From the NCBI GenBank assembly GCA_036172245.1, contig JAYWIR010000026.1, forward strand, positions 558,001-622,000: a DNA stretch of 64,000 nucleotides, read 5' to 3'. The DNA is from Raillietiella orientalis. Its lineage: Eukaryota. The translations under genes were made by a program, and so were the position numbers. Positions 26,001-37,272 of the stretch are shown here, piece by piece. The notes beneath the pieces were generated by a model. That model made no database searches, had not been told where the DNA came from, and saw only the letters and a list, made by a program, of their open reading frames with translations. Numbering within the stretch: the first letter of the stretch is position 1; each line of letters opens with the position of its first letter.

Positions 26001-28573
26001 GGAGTGTTCGGAGCCTGAAGCTCCGTATGAACGTGCGGAGAAGTTCCGCCGCGTCCGGGAGCTTCAGCCTGTCCCCTGGGAGACGACACGCTGACGAGGG
26101 CGGGCCCCTGTCGCGCGGATGGATCTCGAGGACTAGCGGGCGATGGTCGGACAGCTCGCACGGTAAATTGCCGCGCCTGCCCACGCGAGGGCACAGGTGC
26201 TCGTCAACAAACACGTGGTCAATGCTGTCTTCCATCCCCGGTGCACTGGCCAACAAATTCCAGGTGTGCACCGCCATGCACACCTCGTTGACCAGGTCAC
26301 GCTCGGGTTTCTGCCCATCTGGTTTCAGGCGAACGTTGAAATCGCCTGCAACCAGATGGGCATTCCGCACGCCTGCTTCGGTCATCCGGTCTCGCCGGAG
26401 GGCAAGGAAAAACTCTTTCCTCGCCCTCCTGTTCATCAGGTCCTTGCCGCTCGGTGCGTACACGTTCGTGACGATCAGATCGATCGAGTCGGACCACCTG
26501 AGAGTCAGCTGGCCGACACGACCGTGATCGTCGAACCGTACGCCCCGAACCGCGGCCACGACGCCTGGCCGAAGCAGGTAGGCGACACCACAACTTTTCG
26601 CTCTCCCACACGTTTACCATAGCCGCCCTCCGGAGATCCGTTCGATCACTTGTGCTTGTTCTGCAGAGATCACGTGGATCTCCTGCAGCAGCGCAAGGTC
26701 GTAGGACTCGAGAAGGGCGGCCATGTCTCGTCTCCTGCCGGCGTCTGTCATGCCGTTCACGTTTCAAACGGCGATGCGCAGACGACGGCGGGAGGAGATT
26801 CCCGGCATTACTGCTAGGAAGATTAAGGTGTGGGGGAGCCCTCCTCTTGCGAGAAGGGCGGGATGTCCATGGGGGTTTCGGCCTTCTCAGGCACCCGAGG
26901 CACCTGTTCGGCCTCCATCCCCTCCATCCCCTCCGTGTCCGTGCTAAGGAGTCTCTCGGGCGACGGGTCCCGAGAGTTTCCCACGCTCATGGCACCCTCG
27001 CTTGCGGAAGCCATCTCTTCCCCTTCGACGGGGGAGACGAGCTTCCTTGGCTTTGTGGACTTACGTCCAGCCTTCTTCCGCGGTGCCGTGGAAACCGAGG
27101 CTGCGCTTCAGCCCTCCACCTCGGGGTCGGAAGTGGGGGACTCCTGAGGGGAGGCCGGACGCCTTACGGCCTTCTTGCCAGCCTTGGAGGGTTCTGGCTG
27201 CAACGAAGCTGCCAGCTCCTCCGCGGCTCGCGCGAAGGCTACGTCATCGATGGTGGTGTCGATGACGGACGCCGCCGCCGGCTCGCTCCCCTCGCTGTTG
27301 ACAGTGTCAACAGAGGGGAGGTCGTCGGTAGCGGCGAGTTCTTTCCGGCAGCGTTCAGCAACATCGAGAACGCGTTCGACAACGACGCTGCACATTTTAA
27401 TTATCGCGCTACCCTTCTCTTTCTTCTTCTGTTGGTAGGCGATTTTCTTTTCCATCCTCCTCTCCTTTCATTTTTTGGCCGTTGCCACTTGCCACCCAGT
27501 CTCCTGACCGGCTCCCTCAACTTTTTCGGCGTTGGTCGCCGGGGTCTCGCGTGCGGCCTGGGTCTTGGGCGCGGGTGGCACAGCCTTCGCGGCAGCTTTC
27601 GCCGCCAGCCTTTTCTGCAGAAGCCGGGCGCGTTTTTTAAGGTTTCTCTTGGAAACCACCCGCACTGCTGCTTTTAGGCACACCTCCTTCGTGTGGCCCA
27701 TTGTGCCGCATACTTGGCACTGCACATTGGGACACCTCTTTCTGAGGTGGCCCGACGTATTGCAGAAGCCACAGTATTTCGGCTTCCCCACATACCAGAG
27801 GTCGACGGTTTCGCCTTTGACCACCAGTTTGTGGGGAAGAGTGCAGCCCTCCCGAACGGTCACGCGCGCAGCAGTGAGGCCGTGTTGCAGCCCCGTGTAG
27901 TCCTCGAAAGGACTTACTTTCGTCCACTGCGCGTGGACCGTTCCGCACTGTTCCAAAGCGGCGCGAACCTGTTCTTTGCGCATTCGCGCCGTGACGCCTA
28001 ACAGGTGGACCACCATGCTGCGGTCCGCCGTAGTGAGGAGGAGCCTGCGCGTCCCCATCACAACGGGGTTTTAAGCAGTCGTTGGGCCAGCTCAGCATGT
28101 TTGCAGATGACCTCAACGTACTGAACCCCGCTGCGGATGGTCATAGCGCTGAGCTCCTCCTCTTTCACATCGAGAGCGCGCATGCCCTTCGAGAAGGCGC
28201 GCGCGCTCTCTAAAGAATATAAATTGCCTACCTTGTAGAATAATGAGGGGTTGTACCCCTTCTCTACATAGGCCGACAATTCCGCCGCGGCTGCAGGCGA
28301 TGGCGCCGACACAACGGCGCTCCACGCCCGCGCTGCAGCGGGGACCGATTCTGTGGGGGCGGATACCCCACCTCCATCGCCTCTGAGGACGACGTTGCCG
28401 CCGCTTCCTGGCTCTCCATCGCCTCTGGGGGCGGCGTTGCCGCTGCCCCCTGGCCATCCCTGGTGGTCGCGTCAGGCATGGCTGCCTGATAGACCACCGA
28501 ACCACACGACGCTTGCACTGGGGGAGACTTCCTGGCACGAGGAGCAACGAGTAAACGCGTCCGCCCTAGAGCG
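23010..28573 (-). mobile_element. Element E: full-length (5.56 kb) LINE inserted antisense into D's RT
   Basis: Perfect 14-bp TSD CACAAGGCGTTCGA at 22996-23009 and 28574-28587. ORF1 28479-26808 and ORF2 26808-23227 are both disrupted; YADY replaces YADD. Confidence 0.95.
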
Positions 28574-30463
28574 CACAAGGCGTTCGACTGCGTAAACCAG
28601 AAGCTGCTTTTGGAGCTTATGGAACGTCTTGGGTTCCCGGCGCAACTCCTGCTGTATTTGCGCGCGTGCTGGCGCCACGCGCTAACCTGCATTACTTTCA
28701 GCGGCTGCCGCGTGTATGGTATTCCCGTTCGTAGGGGCATCCGACAGGGCGACAGCTTAAGCCCGTTACTCTTCAGCATCTTCTTTGAGTTGGTGCTAAG
28801 AGCATACAGGCTGACGCTGTCTCACTTGCCAAGCTCCTGCCCGGGAACGCCTGCCGTGGCCGCCTACGCTGAAGACCTGCTTCTTCTGCTCCCCATGTCC
28901 ACCCCGGCGTCCAGTGTCGAGGATTTCTTCGACCTGATTCGTCGGGGAGCGGGCATGAGCGTGAACAGGGAGAAGAGCGTGGTCGTTCCTGTGGGTACGT
29001 CGTGGGAGGGGCAGTCCGACTGGATCCGCCTGGGGATCCCCACGGGCGGGTACTTTAAGTACCTTGGCGTTCCGTTGGGCGCTTTCGGCGCAGCCGAAGC
29101 GTGGGCGGACTGTCTTCAGAAAGCAGAGTTGGCCATCAGCCCGTTCTTTAACGGCAAGTTTGCCTTGCAGGAACGGGCGACTATTTGGAACACCTTTGTG
29201 GCCCCCCTCCTCCGTCCCCTGTTTTTTGTTTTGGACCCCCCCTATGCGGCAAAACAGCGGGCTAAGCGCCTGCTCAGGAACGCTCTCTGGGGTCCGGCGA
29301 GATCCAGGATCCGCCTTAAAGATTTGTTAGCTCCGCGTCGGGATGTTGGTTTGGGTATCCTGACAATGGAGCGAATCGGACTGCAGGTGCAGTTCCGACT
29401 GCTGGCACTGTGTGCCCAGCTATGGACATCCCCCCTGTGTGTGCCAGCCCGCATTCTCCTGCGGAGATGCGCCGGCAGCGGAGGATTTCTCTCGCTTTTG
29501 CCGGGCACTCAATACAGGAAGCGGGGTTTCGGGTTTCCATTGCGGCAGTTGACCGCACTTCTGGAAGCACACTCGTGGATTTCCTGCCGCCCAATGAACT
29601 TTGAAGCTTGGCGGCAGGAGTCTGTTGAATCCTGGGCGGCGTTCCAAGGAATACGCCCTGAAGATCTTCGCCCCCTGTGCCAATTTTTTCCACGATCCTT
29701 GGAAGAAGTACTGCAGGACGAGGTGAAGTTTTCTACCCTGGCTGCCACGCCTCTTGCCGCAGCGCTGTCTGCCCTCAGTGCAAGAAACGACAGTTACCAA
29801 CCGGCGAGATGGGAGGTCTCCTGCACGATAGCGGGAAAGACCAAACTCCTTGGCGCCTGGAAGACAAGTGAGTTGGCGGACGCCGCCACTCCTCGTGTTA
29901 CTGCAAAGGGACTCCTCCGGTGGGCAGAAGAACTTGGTGTCACCCCCGAAGAACTTGTAGTCCCTCCACAGTGTATTGACAGTTCGCTGCTCCCCCTTGC
30001 TTGGAAACAAGCCGTGCTGCTTTTCGTTCACTGGGGTTTTCAGTGCAACGAGCGTTGGCATCGTGACTCCGGGGGACTTGCGTCTGCGAACTGCGTTCGG
30101 TGCGGATCGACGGAGTCGATTCCGCACCTACGTCTGGACTGCGGTGTCCTACAAGGACTGTGGCGTAGGCTGGCAACAGCACTAATGCATCCCGTGGACA
30201 CCGCAAGAGACTTGCTGCGACGATTCTTCACGCCGAGCGGGCTGTCACTAAGCGCAAGGATTGCAACCATCGGTTGCATACGCGCGATAGTTTCCGTACG
30301 CCAGGCGTTGGTAATCAACGGACAGCACCAAGAGGTAATCAGCAAAGCATCCTTCTACATGGGAGCATCCGCTAGATGGCCTTATTTGACAGAGGAGACA
30401 AAAAGGAATCTCGCCGCAATACACCGCCGGTTTACACACGCTCAGCAGCGGCCAACCCGGTGA
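28574..30463 (+). pseudogene. D ORF2, 3' part (RT with YAED, C-terminal CCHC)
   Basis: Resumes HKAFDCVNQKLLL; RQGDSLSP; CVRCGSTESIPHLRLDC. Confidence 0.9.
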
Positions 30464-31855
30464 TCATTGCCCTACCCTCCATAAACCATTTTTGTATTTT
30501 CTTTTTACACCCGCGTCTCCATAGGCTCCGGAACATTTTAGGTGCTCATCGTTTAAATCCCCGTGAGTACGGAGCCTAACCAAAAACCCGTTACCCTTCC
30601 CTCCATTTTTTGATTTTTGTTTGTTTCCCCTCATTCCTCCCACGCTGCGAGCGGTTTGTTTACCAGGCCTGCGTGCCGGTAATTTCTCTATGTTCTGTGT
30701 CGTTCTGTTTCTTGGACACATTGTCCCTGACCAGTTTATTATTATTAATAAACGCCCCGGCGTGACCGGGTGATAAATTTCAATCTCCGCCTGCTAACAG
30801 GTGAGCCAAAAACACAAGTGAACGCGATGAACGAGTTGTGCGCCGCCATGAGTGCGCGCAACTTGTTCGCAAGTGAGAGGGGAATGGTCCGCAGCATCGA
30901 CCACGTCTTGCTCGACGCTGACCTGTGTTCACGGGTCGGCAAACGTGGGAGGGTTGCGTCAACGTTGTCGGACCATTCCCGGTTAATTTTCGAGAAGTGG
31001 CCTCGCGACAAAGGACCGCCATCCAGAGTCTGGCGTCTGCCGGGGGACTGGACGCGACTCTCAGGTGCGAAGGAACACCTTCGCGAATACCTGAGAGGCG
31101 TCACGCTCCGGAATCTCCATTGAAACCCGGGTGCGCCAAGACGTTTATTCTCACGAATAAACCTATACAATCTGTGACTGGACCAGTAGTCCAGCCACGC
31201 CCTGGAAAGATATAGCCTGCCGGGCTACCGGTGCGCAGACCGGCGCGGTCGACCTCGGCAGCAGAGGGGAGGGGGAACGAAACAAAAAGAACACAAAAAA
31301 TAAACAAAAATCAAGGAGGGAGCAGGAAGGGATCACAGTCTGCTGGGAGGGTCCGTCATCCTCTGGAGGATGCCGGCAAGCTGTTTCTGCTTGTGTGGTT
31401 CCAGATGGGGCCATCGCGTCGCCATCCTGAGGAAACGGGCGGCATACACGTTGGCATCCCTGTCGCTGGATCCTCCCGTCGCTTTGCTCCATGCCACGAC
31501 GATCCCGCGTAGGCAGCACAGGGCTGCAAGCGAGGCCGCTGGAGGCAGGGCGTCACGGACGAAGAGGGGGCGCAAAGCGTCTCTGGGGTTGCCTCCGGAT
31601 ATCCCCAGGGCTGCGGCAAAGCGTTCCCACAAGGGACGGAGGGCAACACAATCCACTAACAGGTGGGGGAGGTATTCCCTCTCCCCGCACCTGACACAAT
31701 TAGGGTTGACACCCCCCCGCGTCCAGTGGTGTCGGCGGGCGTTGCAAGGAAGCCCCCAATGCAACACCAGCAGTGCCGACGGTCAGACGTGTTCTCTGCG
31801 CGCTCCTGACTCGCTCGACTTTATTGGTGTAATGCAGTGCATCAGTGGTCGGGGG

Positions 31856-33457
31856 ATGGCAGAAATGCCTGATCCCGCCACTAGTGAATGTGGGGTGGGG
31901 GCCGGGCGAACGTCCCCCGTACCCATGGAGATAGGGGCACCTGCCCCGAAAGCTTCGTCCCCCGCGCCGGCGAGGGACTACAGCGCCGCGGTCGCCGCGC
32001 CATCTGCAGCGGCCATCGCCGAGGCCCAGGCCTACAAGGCCTACAACTACAACCCGAGTCTGCTGTATAAGGTAGGCCGGGTGTTTGATGACCGTGTGGC
32101 GCGCTCCTTCGAGAAGGAGCTCCACCGTTTGAACGTTAACAAGGAGGATCTGCTGGGTCTCTCCATCCGCAGCGGGGGACAGCATGTCGAGTTGACCTGC
32201 AAAGAAGCAGGGTTGGCGCAAAGACTGCTGCGAACCCCCGTCAGGGTCGAGGGCCGCCAGATCTTCCCTGTCCCGGTGGACAACTCAATAGTTGTCCACC
32301 TCCGTGGAATCACCGTGCGGATGTCACCGAGCACCGTTAGGGCTGAACTCAGCAAATTCGGCACCGTACACGCGCTGTGGCTGAAGCCCAACAGGTTCCG
32401 TACTTAAGACGGACTCCTGAGCGGACTCGCCGCGGCACGTGTGACTGTGAATAAGGACATTGGGGTTCCCCATAAACTAGTAGTCGACGGAGATTCTGTC
32501 GACATCTGGTATCTGGGGAAACCCAAATACTGTGCGTTTTGTGATGGTACGCGGCACGTGAAGAAACGCTGCCCCAACATCACCTGCCGCAAGTGCGAGG
32601 CAATCGGGCACACGGAAGAAGTGTTCCCCAAAAAGACTTCGCGCGCGCCGGCTGCTGCCGTGAGCGGCACGAACGCGAGCAAGAAGCCTGGCAAGACCAG
32701 GCCGCCGTCTGAAAATACGGTTGACCCGGAGCCAGCCAAAAAGGGCATCCCGACCACCCCGTCTGCAGAAACGCAGGCAACCGAGGTGGAAGGAGAAGAG
32801 CCTGGCTGGCAAAAGGTCAGTCCAAAGAAAAAGAAAGAAAAAAAGGACGTAAATAATAAAAATAAAGTCCCTGCAAAAACCGCGAAACCCGCGAAAAAGC
32901 AGGGACTGAAAAAATGCACGATCGTACTTGAGCGCCTTGCAGACGCCGAAGTGCCGTGCGAACAGGACGTTGACGTGTGCAACAACGCTGACAGCCCCGT
33001 CGCTGTGCAAACAGCGTCCGAGGGCTGCGGCGAGGGGGAGAGCCGCGATGACGCGGGCTTTGCAAAAGCCGCCGCCGAGCTCGCCGCCAGTCAGCAGCCT
33101 CCCGCAAAGGTCGGCAAGAAGGCCGTTCGACGTCCGGCCGAGAGGAGGGGGACCGGGACCTCGGACTCGGACCCGGAGACCGGACACGCACCATCCGCAT
33201 CTGCACCCCCGAGGAAGACCGGAAGGAAAATCCGTAACCCGAGGAGGATCGTCTCCTCCGAGGAAGGGGAATCCTCCGGAAACGAGGGTGCGGCGAGCGT
33301 GGGAGAGATGGACACGAGTCCTGAACTCCCACGATCGGTCGAGACGGAGCCGATGGAGACGGAGGGGGTCGTCGAGCCGCCTCCCACCGCACAGGAGAAA
33401 GCCGGCGTCCCGCCCCTAGGTGAGGCGGGAGACGCAGCATCACTTTCCCAGCAGTAA
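31856..33457 (+). pseudogene. H ORF1 (single in-frame TAA at 32405)
   Basis: Same frame on both sides of the stop; CAFCDGTRHVKKRC knuckle. Confidence 0.88.
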
Positions 33458-36400
33458 TGCCGGGACTCGCCACCTGCCGTCAAATACGCATCGCCAGCTG
33501 GAACGTCAACGGGCTTTGCGATGACGGCAGGAGACGAGACATAGCTGCCACCTTGCAAGCCTTCGACCTCGTGCTGCTGCAGGAGATCCATGAGATTTCC
33601 GCAGAACATGCGCGGGAGATCGAACGGATAGCAGGTGGTCAGCTTATGTGGCGATGCGGCCACCGCCGTACGCGCGGGGTCGCTTTCCTTCTGAAGCCTG
33701 CCTTACAACGCGCGGTGCGGAAAGTTCGTTTCGATGAGGCAGGTCGGGTCGGGCAAATCACCTTCAGGTGGTGCGACTCCATCAATCTCGTCGTCACGAA
33801 CGTGTACGCGCCGAGCGGCGGTCACGCGCGCGTGGCACGGACGGCGTTTTTCCGTGCGTTCAAGCGCGACTGGCTGTCGGAGGCAGGGGCGCGCACGGCG
33901 CACCTGATAGCCGGCGATTTTAATATTCGCCTGCTATCAGGTGCGGCGAGGACAGAGGCCACCCCGGTTAACGAGATGTGCGCTGCGGTGCACGCATCCA
34001 ACTTGTTAGCCGGGGATACCGGGATGGAACGGAGCGTGGACCACGTCTTCCTCGACGATCATCTGCGCTGTCGCGTGGGCAGGCGAGGTAAGATACAGTC
34101 CGCAGTCTCCGACCACTCCCGTGTGGAACTCGTCATTCGCCCGCGCGACAGGGGGCCCCCCGCGCAGGCGTGGCGTCTACTGGGGGACTGGCTGACCAAG
34201 CCAGGCGCAGCGGAACACCTCCGCGCGTTCTTGCGAGGTTTCAGCCTGCAGACGCTCGACGACTGGGACGATTTGAAAGTCTCGGTGCGAGAGTTCTGCC
34301 AACAGTTCCCCATGGACCGTCTCCCGAAAGGATTTGGAGAAGGTGTTCGGAACGATAGGGCTTACCTGCAGGCCCGTCGTTACTCCCGAACACCAGACGT
34401 CCGAAGACTGACGGAATTTAAAGCCGGGGCCGAGCGGCAGGCCTGGCAATCGGGGTCGCCCAGCCTGCTGGACGACGAAGGCCAAGAGCACTCGGCCCCG
34501 GCAGAGGTGAGTAGCCTAGTGCACGGCTATTATTCTTCCCTGTACACCAGGGTGCCTCCGGACCGGGAATTTTCCCAATTTTTGCTTCCGGACGGTGCCC
34601 CGGCGATCGGGGAAGAAGAGAGAGTACGCCTGGACGAGCCTTTCACGATGGGTGAAATCATCACCGCAATCGGGAAGCTCAAAAGGCGGAAGTCACCGGG
34701 GGAAGACGGCCTGCCCGCGGAGTTTTTTCAGTGCTTCGCGGCGGAGCTGGCTCCTCTGGTGCAGCGGCTAACGCTGCTGATCCGGGAGACAGGAGACGTT
34801 CCCGCCTCCTTCCGATCGGCACGTATGCGTCTCCTACCGAAAGGAGGAGACTTACGGAACCTCAGCAATTGGCGTCCGATTACCGTACTGAACGCGGACG
34901 CCAAGCTGGTTGCGAAGCTATGGTCGGAGCGAATGGGGCGGGTGGCGGAAAGCTTCATCAGCCCGGAGCAGACCTACGCTGTTCCCGGGCGAAGCATGGA
35001 CGCCAACCTGCTCTTCGCGAACACCTGGTTCGAACTTCAAAGAACCAGAATGAATGGAGGGAACAAGGTCGGCAGCCCGATTTGCGGGACGTCCGCTGGT
35101 GGTTCGCGGGATAGTCATGAGAGAGAAGGGGCCCTCGCGGTCGCTGTCGATTTGCGGAAAGCATTCGACAGTGTCGACCAGGAGCTCCTGCTGGAGCTTC
35201 TGGAGCGCTTGGGCTTCCCGGCCTTTTTATTGACCTTTCTGCGCTCTTGCTGGCGCGACGCGCTGACCAACATTTCTTTCAGGGGAAGGAACGTGTTCGG
35301 TGTGCCGCTGCGCCGCGGGATACGGCAGGGTGATAGCTTGAGCCCCTTGCTCTTCAGCATCTACTTCGAGTTGGTGCTGAGGGCATTCAGGGAGACTCTT
35401 GGTCGCCTGCCGCGCGTGTGCCCAGGTACACCGGCCTTGGCGGCGTATGCGGACGATCTTCTGCTGCTGCTCCCCATGTCCACCCCGGCGTCGGCGGTCG
35501 AAAACTTTTTCGAGCTGCTGCGTCGCGGGACAGGACTGGAGGTGAACAGAGCAAAGTCGTCCGTTGTTGCAGTCGGTTCCTCGTGGACAGGGCAGCTAGA
35601 CAGGTCTCGCTTGGGGATCCCCACGGTACGGTACCTTAAGTACCTCGGTGTGCCGTTGGGGGACTACTCCCCAGCGGAACAATGGTCTTGCTGCCTCCAA
35701 AAGGCCGAGAGAGCGATCGGCCCGTTCCTGGGTGGCAAGTTCTTCTTGCCGGAACGGGCCGTGCTGTGGAACACTTTCGTGGCCCCCCTGTTTCGCTCCT
35801 TGCTTTTTGTTTGCCCCCCACCCCGTGGTGTGAGAACACGTACGAAGGACCTCCTCAGAATCGCCATCTGGGGCAGAGGAAGGCCCCGCGCGCGTTGGAA
35901 GGACTTGTGCGCCCCTCGTCGCGATGGGGGCCTTGGCCTCCTTACGCTGGAGCGCCTCGAACTGCAGCTGCAGTTCCGAACAATCGCCCTAGTGGCGAAG
36001 ATGTGGAGCGCCAGCTGGTGCGATACTGCACGATGCCTGGTTCAGCGAGTCGGCGGCTGCGCGGGACTGTCTACCTTCCTAGCGCGCCGCAAACGCCGGT
36101 ACCTGTTCCACTGCGGACTGGCTCTTCGGCGAGTGGCGAAGCTGACCAGGAAGAACACCTGGATCTCCTGCCGGCCCGCGAACGGCACTTCCTGGTTGCA
36201 GGAAAGCCTTCGCACGTGGGCCCAGATCGAGGAAGCGAGCCCGGAGTTGCGGCAGCGAATGCTGCACTCCTATCATAAGAGCCGCTCGCTGCAGGACATC
36301 ATCGTGCAGCCCGCCTTGAGTGCGTGGGCTGAGAGGACCTCCCTTGCCACAGCTCTGTCCCACCTCAAGGAACATCTGGGCAGTACCCAGCCGGCCATGT

Positions 36401-37023
36401 GGGAGGTCCGGTGTACGATCAGGGAAACTGAGGAAGAACAAGGTGGTTGGACCACGGGTCAGCTTGCTGATGCCGCGATCCCAGGTTCCCCACCGAGAGG
36501 ACTGTTGCGCTGGGGCGAGCTGCTGTGCATCCCGCGGGATGAACTCTAGTGGCCCCCAGTGCTGAGGAATACTCGGGCCCTCCCCCTAAAGTGGCAGGAG
36601 TCGGCGTTCCTGGTGTTGCACTGGGGACTCCCCAGCAACGCCCGCCGCTCTCATTGGACGAGGGGGGTTGTGGACCCAAACTGTGTCAGGTGCGGGGAAC
36701 GAGAAACTCTCCCGCACCTGCTCGTTGACTGTGTTGCCCTCCGGCCCCTGTGGTTGCGCTTTGCAACAGCCGTTCGTGCACCCTTGCACGCTCCCAGAGA
36801 CGTTTTAAAGCGCCTCTTCGTGCGCGACGCCCTTTCGCCTGCCGCAGCCCTTGCAGCCCTCTGCTGCCTACGAGGGATTGTAGCGGCTTGGAGCACCGCC
36901 ACTGGTGGACCGAACGATAGGGACATCTTGTGCTACGCCCTGCGCTTCCTGAGGACGGCAGCCAGATGGACCCATCTGGGACACATGCAGTTTGAACTTG
37001 CCGGCATCCTGCAAAGGATGTAG
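33457..37023 (+). pseudogene. H ORF2: APE endonuclease, RT and CCHC (1030 aa open, TAG at 36547, same frame continues)
   Basis: SWNVNG, LQEIH, VYAP, GDFN, SVDH, SDH, KSPGEDG, WRPITVLN, DLRKAFD, RQGDSLSP, YADD, KYLG, CVRCGERETLPHLLVDC. Confidence 0.95.
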
Positions 37024-37272
37024 AGGACGTCTCCAGCGGAACGTGATTCCTTCCCCAACCCCTCCCTGCTTTTGTAAATAGTGTTTTCTTTTTGCTTTTT
37101 TCTATTTGTCCCTTCCCCCTCCGCTGCCGAGTCGACCTTGGGAGCCTGCGTGCTGCCCACTCGGCGAGTTCAGAAGAACATGTTCTGAACACTGTAGGGG
37201 CGATAGCCCTACACTTGCTTGTTTATTTTTTTTTATTAAAGAAATAAACGCCCCGGCGCACCCGGGTGTGAA

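Larger units (their letters stand above)
19293..30776 (+). mobile_element. Element D: full-length LINE inserted in sense into C's endonuclease; contains E
   Basis: 9-bp TSD ATTTCAATC at 19284-19292 and 30777-30785; 5' GAGTGCGGACGTG; AATAAA at 30747. Confidence 0.9.
31781..37272 (+). mobile_element. Element H: best-preserved full-length LINE, inserted antisense into F
   Basis: Perfect 12-bp TSD AGCAGTGCCGAC at 31769-31780 and 37273-37284; AATAAA at 37243. Confidence 0.95.

Noticed and set aside
33444..33452. Calicivirus-type TURBS motif upstream of TAATG
   Set aside because: The conserved sequence is UCCCA, not the 18S-complementary UGGGA; local hairpin pairing explains it better.
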